A stretch of 64,000 nt of DNA from positions 1-64,000 of the forward strand of contig NGBS01000884.1 in NCBI GenBank assembly GCA_002245135.1. Direction: 5' to 3'. The stretch is from Proteromonas lacertae. Its lineage: Eukaryota. The position numbers were made by a program, and so were the translations under genes. The notes under the pieces are model-generated. The model worked only from the letters and a program-made list of their open reading frames with translations. It did no database searches and had not been told where the DNA came from. Of this stretch, positions 38,281-52,122 are shown piece by piece (the stretch's first letter is position 1; each line of letters starts with the position of its first letter).

Positions 38281-41200
38281 TTAGTAAAATATTGATTTCC
38301 ATTTCCAATAACTTGATCTATTATTACATAATATAAGTAGATAACTATACATATCTTTCATTATCTTGAATTCTTTGGTAAATGGATGAATCTTTTGATA
38401 GTCTCTCTCTAACACCATATGAACAGCAATATATTCTGCAGCTGTGAATGATGTTGCTGTTTCACTGATCTTTTCTTCAATTTTGTGGTTTTTGTTGATG
38501 ATTGTGACATTTTCTGTAGTAGCTTCTAATTCAACATCTGGTGGAAGAGTAAAAAATCAGAAGTTAATGAAAAACTATAATAAATTGGTAGATATAAGTT
38601 AATTAGAAAAAAGATATTATCCTCCAATTATGAATCTAAATAATGCTCTTAGAACTAACACATAGTTACAGTAACCATCTTTATCAGCTGGAATGTTCAA
38701 TAAACGAATATATCTCAACATTTGGCTAGGAGTAACACACCCTTTTCTACTAAATCCTATTGGCTCCTTCAAATCATATAATAACTTAGGTAATAAATAA
38801 CAGTGTAATTCATTAGAATTTTTGAAATATTGCTGATTTTGAACAACTACATTGAACCAAGTCAATCGGAAGTTATTGTACATCTTTTTTGACAATTGTC
38901 TCTTTGAAGCTTTCATTAAATCTTCAAAATTCTTATACAATATAGAAATCAATAATGGAATTAATATAAACTGAGTAATAGCTGTAGCTGAAATGAAATA
39001 GAGATATTTTATTCCCTTATTGTTACTATCTGATATTAATTCATGTAATATTCCTGGCCATTTCTCACAAAATACAATTTGCAACACCATTTTCATTGAT
39101 TTACCCCAATTGTTGAAATTACTTATTGGTGATATAAAAGAATTATAATTATTATAAAAATTTGAAAATAACTGAACACCAGCTGTTGTATAGATCATAA
39201 TGAATAAAATAAACAATAATAACATCAAACCAAGATGATAGAATGAATAATAAACTGTCAAATAGAATGTATTGACATATTTAATTTTATTAGCCAATTT
39301 GAATAATCTATACATTCTGAATATATTAAAGTCAATGAAATTGCCATCACTTCTATATAATGCTATTTGTACAATATCTGCAACTATTATCATTAATTCT
39401 ATATAATTCCAAAATTTGGTGAAATAAATTGATCTATAAGATGCTATTTTGAATATATTTTCAATTAAAAATAAACCACTATAAATACAGAACAGAATGA
39501 ATAAGAATTGTCTATATCCATTTGACATATTATAATTATATGTTAACATAAATATAAACTCTATAACTATCAACACATTCATAATAATTTGATATGTTAA
39601 AGATAGAAATATCTTTATACAAAATCCAGAAAATAAGTCAAATGGATGATGTAATAAATAATATTTCTCTTTCTTCTTTTTCATTTTATCTTTAATTTCA
39701 ATCCACTGTTTATCTTCAAATTTATTATAAAGTAAACCAAAATATCCTCTATCTGCACATTTACTATAAGAATGAATAGAAACAGCAATAAACAAGCCTT
39801 TAACAAACCAATTACAGATTATTATAACCATAAATACATATAAAGAATTCCATTTATTACTTTCACTTTTTGGACTTTCACCAATTTCATTTACTGTCAT
39901 TATATTCACCATTATATCATAACTCATATCAATAGTTGATATTTCATATACTGATAATAAACTATCACCTATTGAATCAAAACTGTATGTATTTCCTGAA
40001 TTACTAAATGATGGATTTAACCATTTCATTGTTATATTCTCTTCTTCAACTTTATTCTCATTTTCAATAGTGTAATTTCCAATACAAACATTATCTTCAC
40101 CACAATCTATATATATATATATATATATATAACAAATATTATATAATATTTATACTATGATTATTGAATGGATAGCATGTCATATTATAATTATTACATG
40201 AATAAAACTTACCTCCAAATAAATTCATTCCTAAGACAGCAAAACAGTAATAGAAATAAAATGTAACAAGAGAAGTGATAATATAATATTGCCATGATTT
40301 GTATATTACTTTAAATAGAGTTTTAAGGAAATGAAAATGAGTAATTAATCTAAGTGATGTAATATTTCTTAAACTTAATAACATTCTACAATTATAATCA
40401 GAATATAAACACTTTCGATTCACTGTAATAATATCAATTATATTGATTATAAAATCAAGAACATTCCAGAAATTTCTCAAATAAGAACCTTCATGACCAA
40501 TTAAACCAAATGCAATAACTTTAATAACAGTTTCAATAATAAATATAACCAAAGTGACAATATTACTATAATATATAAAATCACTTGTTTTGCTACCCAA
40601 ATTCGGTTTATTAAAACATTGAACTACTATATTATAAATGATTATTATTAACATGATAGAGTTAAATATTGGAGACAATGCTATTGGACCAAATAATTTC
40701 CTTATTCCTTTTGTTGATGGGAATATAAATAATGAGTTTTCTTTATAAGATGGATGAAATTGGAATAATATATTCTTTCTACTGTATTTACCATTCTTTT
40801 CATGTTCATTTTTGTTATTTGTTTCTGATATATTCTTCTGCTTTTTCTTCTATAATAGTATATAAATAGATTAATAATAAATAAATATACTATTTCATTT
40901 ATTTCATCTTCATTATATAATATTCTGTCATAATACATTCCTTCATCATCTGTTCTTTCAGATATTTGCTTCGTTTTACTTCTAAATCCATTGATTATTA
41001 TGGCTATAAACAATTGATAAACTATTAATATTCCAAATATGATAATTATTAAGAAAAATATAATTGAAGTCCAATGCTCAATGTGATAAGAATCATATAA
41101 AAGTGAAAATAATTTCTCTTTTGTAACGGATATAAATATTGAAACAATTGAATCTCCCATTGTATTAAAGTTATATTGAGGAAGTACATCGAATTTACTA

Positions 41201-43693
41201 TTATAATTTCTACCATATAATTGATAACCAATCACAGCTAAGCTATAAATGAACACAATCAATAAGAATATATAACTTATAATATGTTTGAAAGTGTGTA
41301 ATATTGAAAGATTATAATTATAAAAATATCTCCAAAATTGAGTGTAACGAATAAGTTTCAACATTCTAATGAAATTAAGCACATTATTTTGATGGAGTAT
41401 AACATCTATCCAACATAAAATTAAAACTAATAAATCGAAATCATTCATATAATTGATGAAATAATTGTATAAACTATCACTATAAATGATTAAAAATGTT
41501 TCAAGTGTGTAAATGATAGTACAAACCTATTTTAAAATATAAATATAAATATAAATAAATATAATATATTAATACAATATCGCTATAATAAGTAAAATCT
41601 TTCATCTTTTCAGATATATCAAATTTACACATTGAAATTGTGACAATGTTAAATATAATGATGATAAACATAACTATATGGAATAAAAGACTATTTGCTA
41701 TCTTATTACTCATTTCTCTCACTGTTTTGGTAGATTCCATTGATTTTATTGATTCAATATCATCAATATAGTTAGTAGTATTTGTTCTATTCATTGTCTG
41801 ATTATAACTTATTGGATAAATATTGCTTGATTTTGACATTTGGCTTGATTCTGGTTTGATATTTTCTTTATTATCATTTTTTTTCTTTATTTCTATATCA
41901 TTATCATTTTCTTTCTCATTATTGTTTTTATCTATTAAATCTGCATCTGATATTTGTAATTCTTCCTTCCAAATCTATTAATAAAATAAATGAAATAATA
42001 GATAATATTTTATACATCATAATCTTCTTCATCAATTATCTTTTCATTTCCATTTTTATATAATTTCAACAATTTCAACTTCATTTGATTCACTATTATT
42101 GGTTTATATTCATTTTTCCATGTTTTATTATTCTCTTCATTCTCTTTAGATCTTTCAATTACTTCATCTTTAGTAGTGTTTAATTCAAATTTGTTATTAT
42201 AAAATGTAGTGAATAAAACAGTGAATATATTGAAGAAGAAATAACCAGAGAGAATCAATAGAATAATAAAATAAATACTTGAACCTTTATACCCATAATT
42301 ATATTCAATTGAATATAATATATCACTCCAACCATCCATTATTAAATATTGAAATATTATAATTATGGAAGATCCAATATTATCAAAAGAAGTTAAACCA
42401 TAATTTGGATTATTATTATTATTTCCACTATTTGAATTTAATTTTCCATTAAATAAATTCACTCCAATTATCCCATATATTAATGAAAATAGTAATCCAA
42501 ATAGTAAAATACTTATGAAATTTTTCACTGATTTTTTCATACACAATTTTATCTTTTCATTTCCTGGTAGATATAAATACAACCATAAAGGTCTTAAAAA
42601 CCTAAATGCATTTAAAATATTAACATTTGAATCAATTTCACCTGATATATATGGAATCCAATTCAATATAATTAATACCAATATATAAACATGCGAAAAT
42701 GATTTAAAGAATTGTTTTTTATAAATAATAATTGAAAGTATTATTTCTATTGTGAAGTATACTTGATATACAATATCTATTACATTAACAAAACAATTGA
42801 ATTTCTTCCAAGGAGATTGTTCTATATCATAAAATCCCATTATTATTGATTCAAATAGAATTAATATCAATATAATAGTTGAATAAATAGTAAAAATGGA
42901 ATTAAGGAAATTTAAAAGATATAAAAATGATAAAAATAAATAAATAAAAGATATGTACTATCAAAAACATCTTTCATTTGATTTTTCCAATTCAATTTCT
43001 TCTTTTTTATTACTTTTACATCATTTTTAGGCAATTGAAATACTGTTGTCTTCGGATCATCTTCCATTCCATCTTCCTTTGGTTCTATTGGTTCATTTCT
43101 TTGCCTTTTTATTGGTTGAATTACTGTTTGTGATGGTTGTGGTAATGATCTTTTTATTCCTTCTATTTGCTTTGGTTTTGGTATATAATCAATAACAGGA
43201 AATTGTTCAACGGATGTTGTATGATTGTTGTTTTTATTCATTTTCTTCTTTTTCTTTTTTGGTTTATTTGTTTCTGGTCTTGGTGATGGATTTCTGGGTG
43301 AAACACTCTTTTTATTTTCTTCAATAACTCTTGGAGATTCTACTCTTGGGGATTTTGATTTTTTAATAATAATTGTTGGTTGAATTCGTGGTGATTTATC
43401 TGAATCAACATCTCCATTTTGTAATTGAACCAATGGCGTTGGATTAAATGGTTCTTCATTATCAGCGACTATTTTATCAAAATCTATTTCAGGAACACTC
43501 TCTTCAACAGAAGATCTTTCACTACAATCTGATGTTGGTTCAGATGGTGGAGCTTTTGGTGGTGGATTGATAAATAAATAAGTTATTTTCTCTAATTCAG
43601 CTTCTTCATCACTCTAAAGACTTTTAAACAATAAAATACGTTTTGAGCTTCAATAAATGAAATTTCTGGAAATATTTGTGATCTGTTGGACAT
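38281..43693 (-). CDS. Four-domain voltage-gated Ca2+/Na+-type cation channel alpha subunit (divergent)
   Basis: Four 6-TM repeats with S4-like segments and pore loops (FDNIG..IMDGW; FNTMG..TKEKL; FDSIG..TIDMS; FNNWG..FCEKW), GVNLFNGK, GMNLFGGKF. Five GT-AG and two AT-AC introns give one continuous frame. Confidence 0.9.
38549..38617 (-). other. U12-type AT-AC intron (69 nt)
   Basis: GGA TA|ATATCTTTTT...TTTTCATTAAC...TTTTAC|T CTT CCA. Removal converts the apparent TAA stop to TAT and continues the frame. Confidence 0.85.
42890..42954 (-). other. U12-type AT-AC intron (65 nt)
   Basis: AGT AC|ATATCTTTT...TTTCCTTAAT...TTTTAC|T ATT TAT. Near-consensus branch site; joins ORF 42912-43433 to ORF 42010-42870 in frame. 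Confidence 0.9.
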
Positions 43694-43830
43694 ATGAACT
43701 GTCTACACAGCTATAATTTGCTTCTGAGATAAGAAAAAATTAAAAACAGAAAACGATTTTTTGAATTATTTTCGTAAACCAATTTTTAAGTCAAACCACG
43801 TTCAAACTTATAATTTCACATTAACTAAAA

Positions 43831-45414
43831 ATGGTAAAGAAGAAGACAAAGTCAAAGCGAATGACAGTTCATTTAAGAAATAAAATCGAGAAGAGAGTAT
43901 TTTAGACATATTTTAATTATGTAGGTAGCTCAGCATCACAAGAAATTAAAGAAAATTGAAAGAGAACAAGCCAGGAATGGTATTAAAAAAGTAAAGAAAG
44001 ACCCAGGCGTTCCAAATTTATGGCCTTTTAAGGAAAGAGTTTTAAAAGAAGTATTTTTTCACTTTTTAGCATGATAGATTAAAGCACACAACGAAAAAGA
44101 AGAAGAAAGAAAAGCATTACAGAGAGAATTAAACAGACAAAAACTAAAAGAAGCTTCAGCAGCAGGAAAAGCTTCATCCTCATCCATAGACAAACTACAA
44201 GCTTTAGCAGCAAGTGCTCAAGCCAGATCTTCAGAATTTGAAGAACACTATACAGATGAAAATCTAGAATCATTTTTTTCCACAAAAGAGAAGATTGCAG
44301 GAGATAACAATCGAAGAACCTACTTCCGACAATTAAAAACCGTACTAGATGAGAGTGACGTCATATTAGAAGTATTAGATGCAAGAGATCCATTAGGATG
44401 TAGATGTAAATGGTTAGAAGACAAAATCTTATCTTTAGATTCTTCCAAACATATAATCTTGGTAATGAACAAAATAGATTTAGTTCCAAAGGAAATAGTC
44501 ACATCCTGGTTATCAATATTACGAAAAGACTTCCCTACCATTGCATTTAAAGCATGTACAACCTCAGGAAATCGAATGGGAAGAGCAGAAATTAAAGGTG
44601 AAAAAGCATCTGATTCAGTATTAGGTTCTAACAAATGTGTTGGTGGAGAAACTCTATTACAATTAATAAAGAATTATAGTCGAAGTGGTGATATGAAAAC
44701 ATCAGTAACAGTTGGTGTAATAGGTTATCCCAATGTTGGTAAAAGTAGTTTAATTAATAGTATGAAGAGAAATAGAAGTGTTGGTGTCTCTTCAACTCCA
44801 GGATTTACAAAGAATATTCAAGAAGTTCAATTAGATTCTAAAGTTAAATTAATTGATTCTCCTGGTGTTATATTTCATGATGATACAAATGACACTAATT
44901 TTCTAAGGAATTGTATCAGTACCAGTGCAGTAGAAGATCCAGAAGGTATTGTTGAGAAAGTATTAAGTAAGTTGAATGTAGAATTTTTGATGGAACATTA
45001 TAACATTCCAATTTATCACAATTGTAATGAATTTTTGTATTTAATTGGTAATAAATATGGTAAATTGCTGAATGGTGGTGTTCCTGATAAGAAAGCTGCT
45101 GCTAAGATAGTGATTCAAGATTGGAATAGTGGTAAAGTACCATTTTATGTAAATCCACCAGAGATTATCACAGAAACAGAGTATATTTTTTTGATTTTTT
45201 ATATATTTTTAATAGACTTGAGATTGTTGATAATGAAGGTGAGGAGTTAGACTTATCAAAGAAAGCGAGAATGGCATTAGAAGAATTGAATAAAGCTGCT
45301 GCAGCGAAGAAGTATTTAGTGTTGAATGGAGATGATAGTGTTGGAGGAACAATGGAAGAAGAGGAGGAAGAAGGTGAGGAAGAGGAAGATGATGATGATG
45401 AAGAAATGGAATAA
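43831..45414 (+). CDS. GNL3: Nucleostemin/GNL3-Nug1 family circularly permuted GTPase
   Basis: KKDPGVPNLWPFK, EVLDARDPLG, NKIDL, GYPNVGKSS, TPGFT, DSPG, DWNSGKVPFY; acidic tail. Confidence 0.93.
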
Positions 45415-45576
45415 GAAAAAATAAAATAAATAAAAATTTTTGTTTTAAATTATCGTTTTAACACATTTTTGTGTTTGTTTTAATTAATGCTGAAGAGAGA
45501 AAGTAACAAGAATGATAAAAAAGATCAAGCCAAACTTTTTTTTTTTCATTTTTATTTAACAAAATACAACTATAAT

Positions 45577-47600
45577 ATGTCAAGAAAGTATTAATAGTGA
45601 TTATGTATGTTATAGAAGAAGTGAGGTTAATCCTAGTAACTTTTATTGTAAAGACAATCCAAGTATTATACAATATATTTATTATTGATAGTCTATTCGT
45701 TTGGTCTACCAGATATAAAATTACCTAAGCAGTTCAATAGTTTTTACTCACAGATTGATGAAAATAGTAAACAAAATGATAGAAGTGATTTTGAGGATGA
45801 TAAAATAGTGGAACAATATTCTAAGACAAAAAATAAAAGGAGAAAATCTCAAAGAGATGAACATAACTCAATAATGACTAATTCTAAGCCAAAATTTAAT
45901 AAACATTCTAATAAAAAATCAAAATCAAACACAGATCGAAAATCAAATAAAAGAAGACGTTTAAAAGATGATGATAGTGATTCTTCTTTTAATATTCCTG
46001 AAAAAAGAAAGCAACATAAAAATGATGATGATGGCATTATAAATATAGATGTAAAACCATCCACAGATAAATCAAAAGAAGGAGAAGAAGATGAAGAAGA
46101 AGATTCTTTCGAAAATGCTGTAACAAAACACTATTCATTAAGAAATAGAAAAAATAGAGAAAATGAAGGAGAAGTATTTATAAAATATGATATTTATACA
46201 ATAACGATAAGAGAATTAAGATTATTGAAAAATGATTGGTTAAACGATGCTTTAATTGACTTTTTCTTTTACTATTTTCATAAAACCTGTCCATTAGCAG
46301 ATAAATTTAAAAATAAAATTTTTATATTTAGTTGTTATTCCTCAAAATATCTATTTGAGAAAGAAGATTATGAAAAGTTGAAAAAGTGGTTTAAAGAAAA
46401 AGAAATCTATAATTTTGATATATTAGTATTTCCTATCATTTTAAAGTATAATTTTATAAAATATGTTTATATATCTTTTATTTTTAGATCTCATTGGTCA
46501 TTAGAAATAGTATTTAATTGTAAAGATTTAATGACTGCATATACATCTTGTGATTATTTAAATGCAAATAGTCGTATATTTGATGATGATGATGAAATAA
46601 AAGTTCCAATATTCTTATATATGGATTCTTTAGGGTTGGATAAAAGCGAATTTATTTCAGGGAGAATCTCACAATTCCTTTGTGAAGCATGTAAAAAGAA
46701 AGATAATAAACATGATAATAAAGATATGAAAGAAAAACTATCTAAACCATTTGTTTATGATGCAAAAGTATATAATATTTATTTATTTTTATTATTTTTT
46801 AATATAATTAGATTAAGCATCAAGATAATTGGAAAGATTGTGGTGTATTTATAATTAGTTACTTTCGACATTTCTTAGAATCACCTCCTTCATATCCATA
46901 CACTAATAATTCAATACAAAAATGGGTTGAAGATTTTAATAATAACATTGAGACAAAAGAACAAAGATCTAATTTAAGAAAGATATTGTTTGAAATATAC
47001 AATAAAGATCATCCAGGTGATGAAATTACTGATAATGTTTATAATGGTGATGATCCAATTGAAATGTATTTAAGTGATGATGATAATAATAATAATAAAA
47101 AGGATAATAGTGATGATGATGATGAAATTGAGATTATTAATAATGAAGATAATTACATAAACAAGAAAGTTGAAAATAAAGAAAATAAGAATGATAGTAA
47201 TAGAAAGATAGAAGATTGTATTGATGGTAAAGAAAGTAAAACTGACATAATTGATGATAATGAAAGTGATGAGAAAATAGAAGATGAAGAAGTAAATGAA
47301 GATAATAATCCTATAGATGATGAAGTAGAAGTAGTTGATAATAATAATAATCATAGTAATGATAATAATTTATCGCAAATACCTATTCCACTATCACCAG
47401 ATTCATTCTCACAACAAACTCACACATCAATTTCACCATCTCCACCGCTTTCTCCAACAAAATCGCCACCTGAAGAAGATTCTGTTATTGAATGTGATAA
47501 TGATAATAATGAAGTGAAGAAAATTACAAAGCATACTACAAAATCAAATTCTAGAAAACATGGTCTTAATTCATTCTTCATATGTAATTTAGATGTGTAA
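45577..47600 (+). CDS. Ulp/SENP SUMO protease (peptidase C48)
   Basis: WLNDALIDFF, HWSL, YMDSL, QDNWKDCGVF after removing four GT-AG introns. Confidence 0.88.
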
Positions 47601-47744
47601 CATATAACAATTAGATATAAAAGACATATTTATCGTTGTTCATTAATTGTTTATTGATAAGAAAAATAAAAATAAAAATCTAATATGAAAATAAAAACTT
47701 GGCTTGAGTCAACATATTTTTAAGTTTTGTTGCTTTTTGAGATT

Positions 47745-49907
47745 ATGAAGAATTTTATACTTACACTATGGTTGGCTATGAGTTTAGCAGCTTGCCCCAA
47801 TAACTGTAATGGACATGGACAATGTAAAAGTGGAACTTGTGTTTGTAATAAGCAGACGGGGTTAGGCTTGGGTTTAGGTGCTGAAAATTATCATAGTTAT
47901 ACTGGTGCTGATTGTTCTATGAGTATATTAACTATATTTATATATGAATTAGGAACATGTCCACTTGGTTTTCCTTTCGGATATATCTCACCTATCTTAG
48001 AAAGTTCTCAAACAATTTTATATGGAGGTAGTTATGCTCGATCTCTAGAAAGTATTGAATACGACATAAGTGATGTTAAAGTTCCATCTCCCTATAAGTA
48101 CGATGTATATAGTGTAAAAGGTGCTGACTGGATAGAAGATTTAGAACCAGAAGGAGGTCAATTATATTGTAAAGATACAAGAACAGGTGTAAGCAATCCA
48201 TACTCAGGATCAGCTACTGTATACTATGTGAATAATGGTGAAGCAATTGTACAATACAGTTTTAAAGTAGCTAATGAATCATCTGTTGTTAATTCCACAA
48301 CGACAGAAGAAGATGGAACTCCACAAGAAAGTGCAAGACGTTTAGAAGAAGCAGTACCATTAGGTGGTGGTGGAGATAATGATGATTCTACAACTGATGA
48401 GGATGGAACAGTTGAAGTTACAACTACTATTCCACCAACTTCTACTACTCCTCCAGTCACTCCTGCACCTGTGAAGAATCCGACACCACCTCCAACACCA
48501 GCAGAATTAAGCTGTAGAGTAACAGCAAAATCAAATGATTTATCAATGAGAATGATAGGTAAATCAGTCAAAGATAATCAAAATCAGATTAGATTATTAA
48601 ATTCGGCAAGTTTATTAGAAGAGATGGGATTTCCTACTGATAATAGTATAGATGGAAAAAAACTGGAATTTGCTTGTTATTCAAAAAAAGCAGATGCAGT
48701 TGCTGTTTCTGGTTATCCAGTATTTAATCCCCAAATAACAAAAGTAGAAAAAGAAACTGGTGATGAAGAAAATATAATATTCACAATTAAAGATTCACCT
48801 CTACCTACTGATGAAAGTGCATATTGTTATTTATTATCAAAAGCAAATGGAACAGCAGTAAAAATAGAAGATTCAGATGTAGCTAAGACATTATTTATAC
48901 AAGAAGGAGATTTATGGTTTTATCCAGCATCTGCATCAGGTAATACTGAAGCTATACCAAATGAAGAAGATGGAACAGTTAAATTAATAGTTAGTGAAAC
49001 TGTGAGTAAAAATATAATTAATTATTTTATATATGGTATTGAAAATAAAGAAGAAAATAAGAATTATACAATTTCAGCAGAGAAAAGATTTATTGTTCCA
49101 TTACCAAATGATGAAAATAAAGGAACAGTTAAAGCACAAGTATATCCAGGTGCAATGATTACCATAACAGTGATATATACTATTAAGCAAAGTGGAGGTG
49201 AGTTAGGTCCATTTACTTATACTACTCAATCTCAGATAATTGCTGCTGATGATTTTTCAGCAGATTTTATTAAAGGAATATTGATTAAATCATATCCAGA
49301 ATTTGAATTAGCTGAAATATTTGAACCAAATAGTGCTGATTTTAGAAGAATGAGAGTTCTTGCTGATGGTGATGGTTTTAATATAGATAATATCATTGTT
49401 GAAACAGAAAATTGTGTAGAAACAAAAGATCCAGATCCTCCGAAAAGAGAGTTATGTCCTCACAAGGCAGTAGAATGTAGCGGTGCTGGTATATGTGATA
49501 GAATATCCGGTCAATGTCAATGTTACAATGGCTATAGTGGTGATGCATGTCAAAGAATGGATTGTCCAAATGATTGTAATAACAATGGAAGATGTGTATT
49601 ATTAACAGAATTATTAAAACAAACTAATAAACTTGAATATAAGGGATATGGTGCTGCAGATAAAGTATATGGATGTTTATGTGATCCTGGTAGAAGAGGA
49701 CCAGATTGTAGTTTATTAGAATGTCCATCTGCTGAAGATCCATTAGGAGGAACAAATAAGAAGAATTCTGGAGATAAAACTCCTGATTTAAGTGTAGAAC
49801 ATAGAGATTGTAGTGGAAGAGGTATTTGTGATTTTAAGACAGGTACATGTACATGTTTTGATGGATATTATGGTGAAGCTTGTCAGATTAGAGCTAGTAC
49901 AAATTAA
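47745..49907 (+). CDS. Secreted tenascin-like EGF-repeat protein
   Basis: Signal peptide, CPNNCNGHGQC, YTGADCS, ECSGAGICD..GQCQCYNGYSGDACQR, CPNDCNNNGRC, DCSGRGICD; Thr/Pro linker. Confidence 0.88.
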   Translation: MKNFILTLWLAMSLAACPNNCNGHGQCKSGTCVCNKQTGLGLGLGAENYHSYTGADCSMSILTIFIYELGTCPLGFPFGYISPILESSQTILYGGSYARSLESIEYDISDVKVPSPYKYDVYSVKGADWIEDLEPEGGQLYCKDTRTGVSNPYSGSATVYYVNNGEAIVQYSFKVANESSVVNSTTTEEDGTPQESARRLEEAVPLGGGGDNDDSTTDEDGTVEVTTTIPPTSTTPPVTPAPVKNPTPPPTPAELSCRVTAKSNDLSMRMIGKSVKDNQNQIRLLNSASLLEEMGFPTDNSIDGKKLEFACYSKKADAVAVSGYPVFNPQITKVEKETGDEENIIFTIKDSPLPTDESAYCYLLSKANGTAVKIEDSDVAKTLFIQEGDLWFYPASASGNTEAIPNEEDGTVKLIVSETVSKNIINYFIYGIENKEENKNYTISAEKRFIVPLPNDENKGTVKAQVYPGAMITITVIYTIKQSGGELGPFTYTTQSQIIAADDFSADFIKGILIKSYPEFELAEIFEPNSADFRRMRVLADGDGFNIDNIIVETENCVETKDPDPPKRELCPHKAVECSGAGICDRISGQCQCYNGYSGDACQRMDCPNDCNNNGRCVLLTELLKQTNKLEYKGYGAADKVYGCLCDPGRRGPDCSLLECPSAEDPLGGTNKKNSGDKTPDLSVEHRDCSGRGICDFKTGTCTCFDGYYGEACQIRASTN

Positions 49908-50094
49908 TTAATAATTAATAATAAAAAGAGTGTTATAAATTATATATAATATAAATATTATTATTGTTTCATATATTGTATTTTATTAATATTCAGTTAC
50001 AATAAATACAAATGAAAATGGGAAGGTATATAATAAATTAATAATAAAACAGCTGATATGACTATAATTAACTACAAATTATCGTTACACTATA

Positions 50095-50848
50095 TTAACA
50101 CTCGTTATTCCACTGTTCAATATATTTAGATAATAAATCCATTAACGATTTTGTGTCGTTACTATTACTAGACTCATCTAATTCAGCAACAGCATCATCA
50201 TACGCTGTTTTAGCTATTTCACAAGCAGCTTCAGAATTTTTCAATATATCATGTTGAAGAATTGAATAATTCAAAGCAATACTTAATCTTAAAGGATTGG
50301 TTGGTGGTAATTCACGTATAGTGATCTATTTAAAAAATAATTAAACATATATAATATACACTATAAGCATTTTCATAAGCTTTTGCAGAGTAACTACAGT
50401 ATTTCTCCTTATCATCTCCAGTACTTATTTCTGCAATGTATCTGTAATAATCACCTTCTGTTTTCAAATAATAACCTTTAGACTCAGCTTCTGTAGATTT
50501 TGGTAATAGAATATTCTCTATTCTATCTATTAGTTCCTGGTATAGAGCTTTTAACTCCATTTCTATTTTCATTCGGTAATTGTAGATTATTTTCTTCTTA
50601 GCTTCATCTTCTTCCTTTTCTTCGAGAGAGAGAAAATTCTTTCTAGAAGTTAGTTTTTCTTTAATTACCGTTTTGTAGGTAATACTCATTAGATTCCTTC
50701 CATCTGAATCTAAATCCCCATCTGCTTCTATCAACTATAAAATTAAATAAATTGCAATTTATACCTTCCTAGTATATTCTAACATCTCTCTTGGACGGTT
50801 TGCCTCCTCTGCTGCCTTAATTAGGAAGCACAACACATCACTTTGCAT
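50095..50848 (-). CDS. Divergent 14-3-3 protein (5' end uncertain)
   Basis: RNLMSITYK, YRMKIEMEL, GDYYRYIAE, LPPTNPLRLSIALNYS, ACEIAKTAYDDAVAELD. Confidence 0.9.
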
Positions 50849-51079
50849 TAATGGTGTTAAAGTTGTACTTACTTCCTATATTAGTTATTTATTTCTATTA
50901 ACATTAACAAATTGAAGGATAGGGTCTTTGTTATTAAATAGAAATAGATTTAGGAATTTGTAGTTATTCTAAAATAAATTTATTGCTAAATTAGAAGATT
51001 CATATGGAATGATTAGAATCTATTCTGACCAATGCTTGAATTGATCAAGCAATTGAGGTTTTTCAAATCCATTTTACTC

Positions 51080-52077
51080 ATGAATAAAGCAATTTTATTG
51101 ACTACTGCTATATTCGCATATGCTGTGTACAAATGGGCAAAGTATTTCAAACAAAAGAAGATGGAGAAGAGCTTTCAAGATAAAGTTGTTTGGATTACTG
51201 GAGCTAGTAGTGGATTAGGAAGAGGTATAATATCATTTTGTTATATAAATAGCATTGGCAATAAAATTATACCAATTAGGAGCAAAATTAATTCTTTCTG
51301 CAAGAAGAGAACAAGAGTTAGAGAAAACACGTAATATGTGTTTAGATTCCACATTAGTAGAAGATAAAACATTATACAATCCAATGGTATTCCCAATTGA
51401 CTTAGATGAGATTGATCAAATTCAGAGTAAAGTAAAAGAAATAGAAAAGAAATATGGCAAAATTGACATATTAATCCACTCAGCAGGACAAGGAACAAGA
51501 ACTTCATTTGTTGATTCAACTTTTGAAGTACATCATACAGTGATGAACACTAATTACTTTGGACCATTGAAATTAACACATGCTGTTTTACCCTTAATGA
51601 TTAAACAAAATTGTGGTAATATTGTATTTGTGACTAGTGTTCAAGGATTGATGGGAATTGATAATAGATCTCCATATAGTGCTTCAAAACATGCAATGAT
51701 TGGCTTAGCTGATACATTAAACATTGAATTATCATTTAACAATATTCATGTTTTAAATGTATGTCCTGGTTATATAAAGTATATAAGATATTATCTATTT
51801 ATGTTATAATATGATATATATATATAGGACTGATCATTCAAGAAATGCTTTAACAAGTAATGGTTCAAAATATGGTTCACAAGATGAGACTACAGAAAAA
51901 GGATATCCACCTGAATTAGTAGCAGATAAGATGATTTATAGCATATTTAACAATGATAATGAACTGATTATGGCTGATTTGAAGACTAGAGCTGCTATGT
52001 TTATGAGATACATGTTGCCTGATTTATACTTCCTTGTTATGAAGAAACGAGCATTGAAAAGCATGAAACAACAATAA
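51080..52077 (+). CDS. Short-chain dehydrogenase/reductase (DHRS7/7B-like)
   Basis: N-terminal anchor, VVWITGASSGLG, LILSARR, TNYFG, YSASKHA, CPGYI. Confidence 0.92.
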
Positions 52078-52122
52078 ATCTATTTTCATTTATTTATTAT
52101 TCTATTGTTTTTTAGTTTTGTG

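Noticed and set aside
40107..40131. (TA)n microsatellites here and near 5790, 27372 and 57141
   Set aside because: Ordinary intronic slippage repeats.
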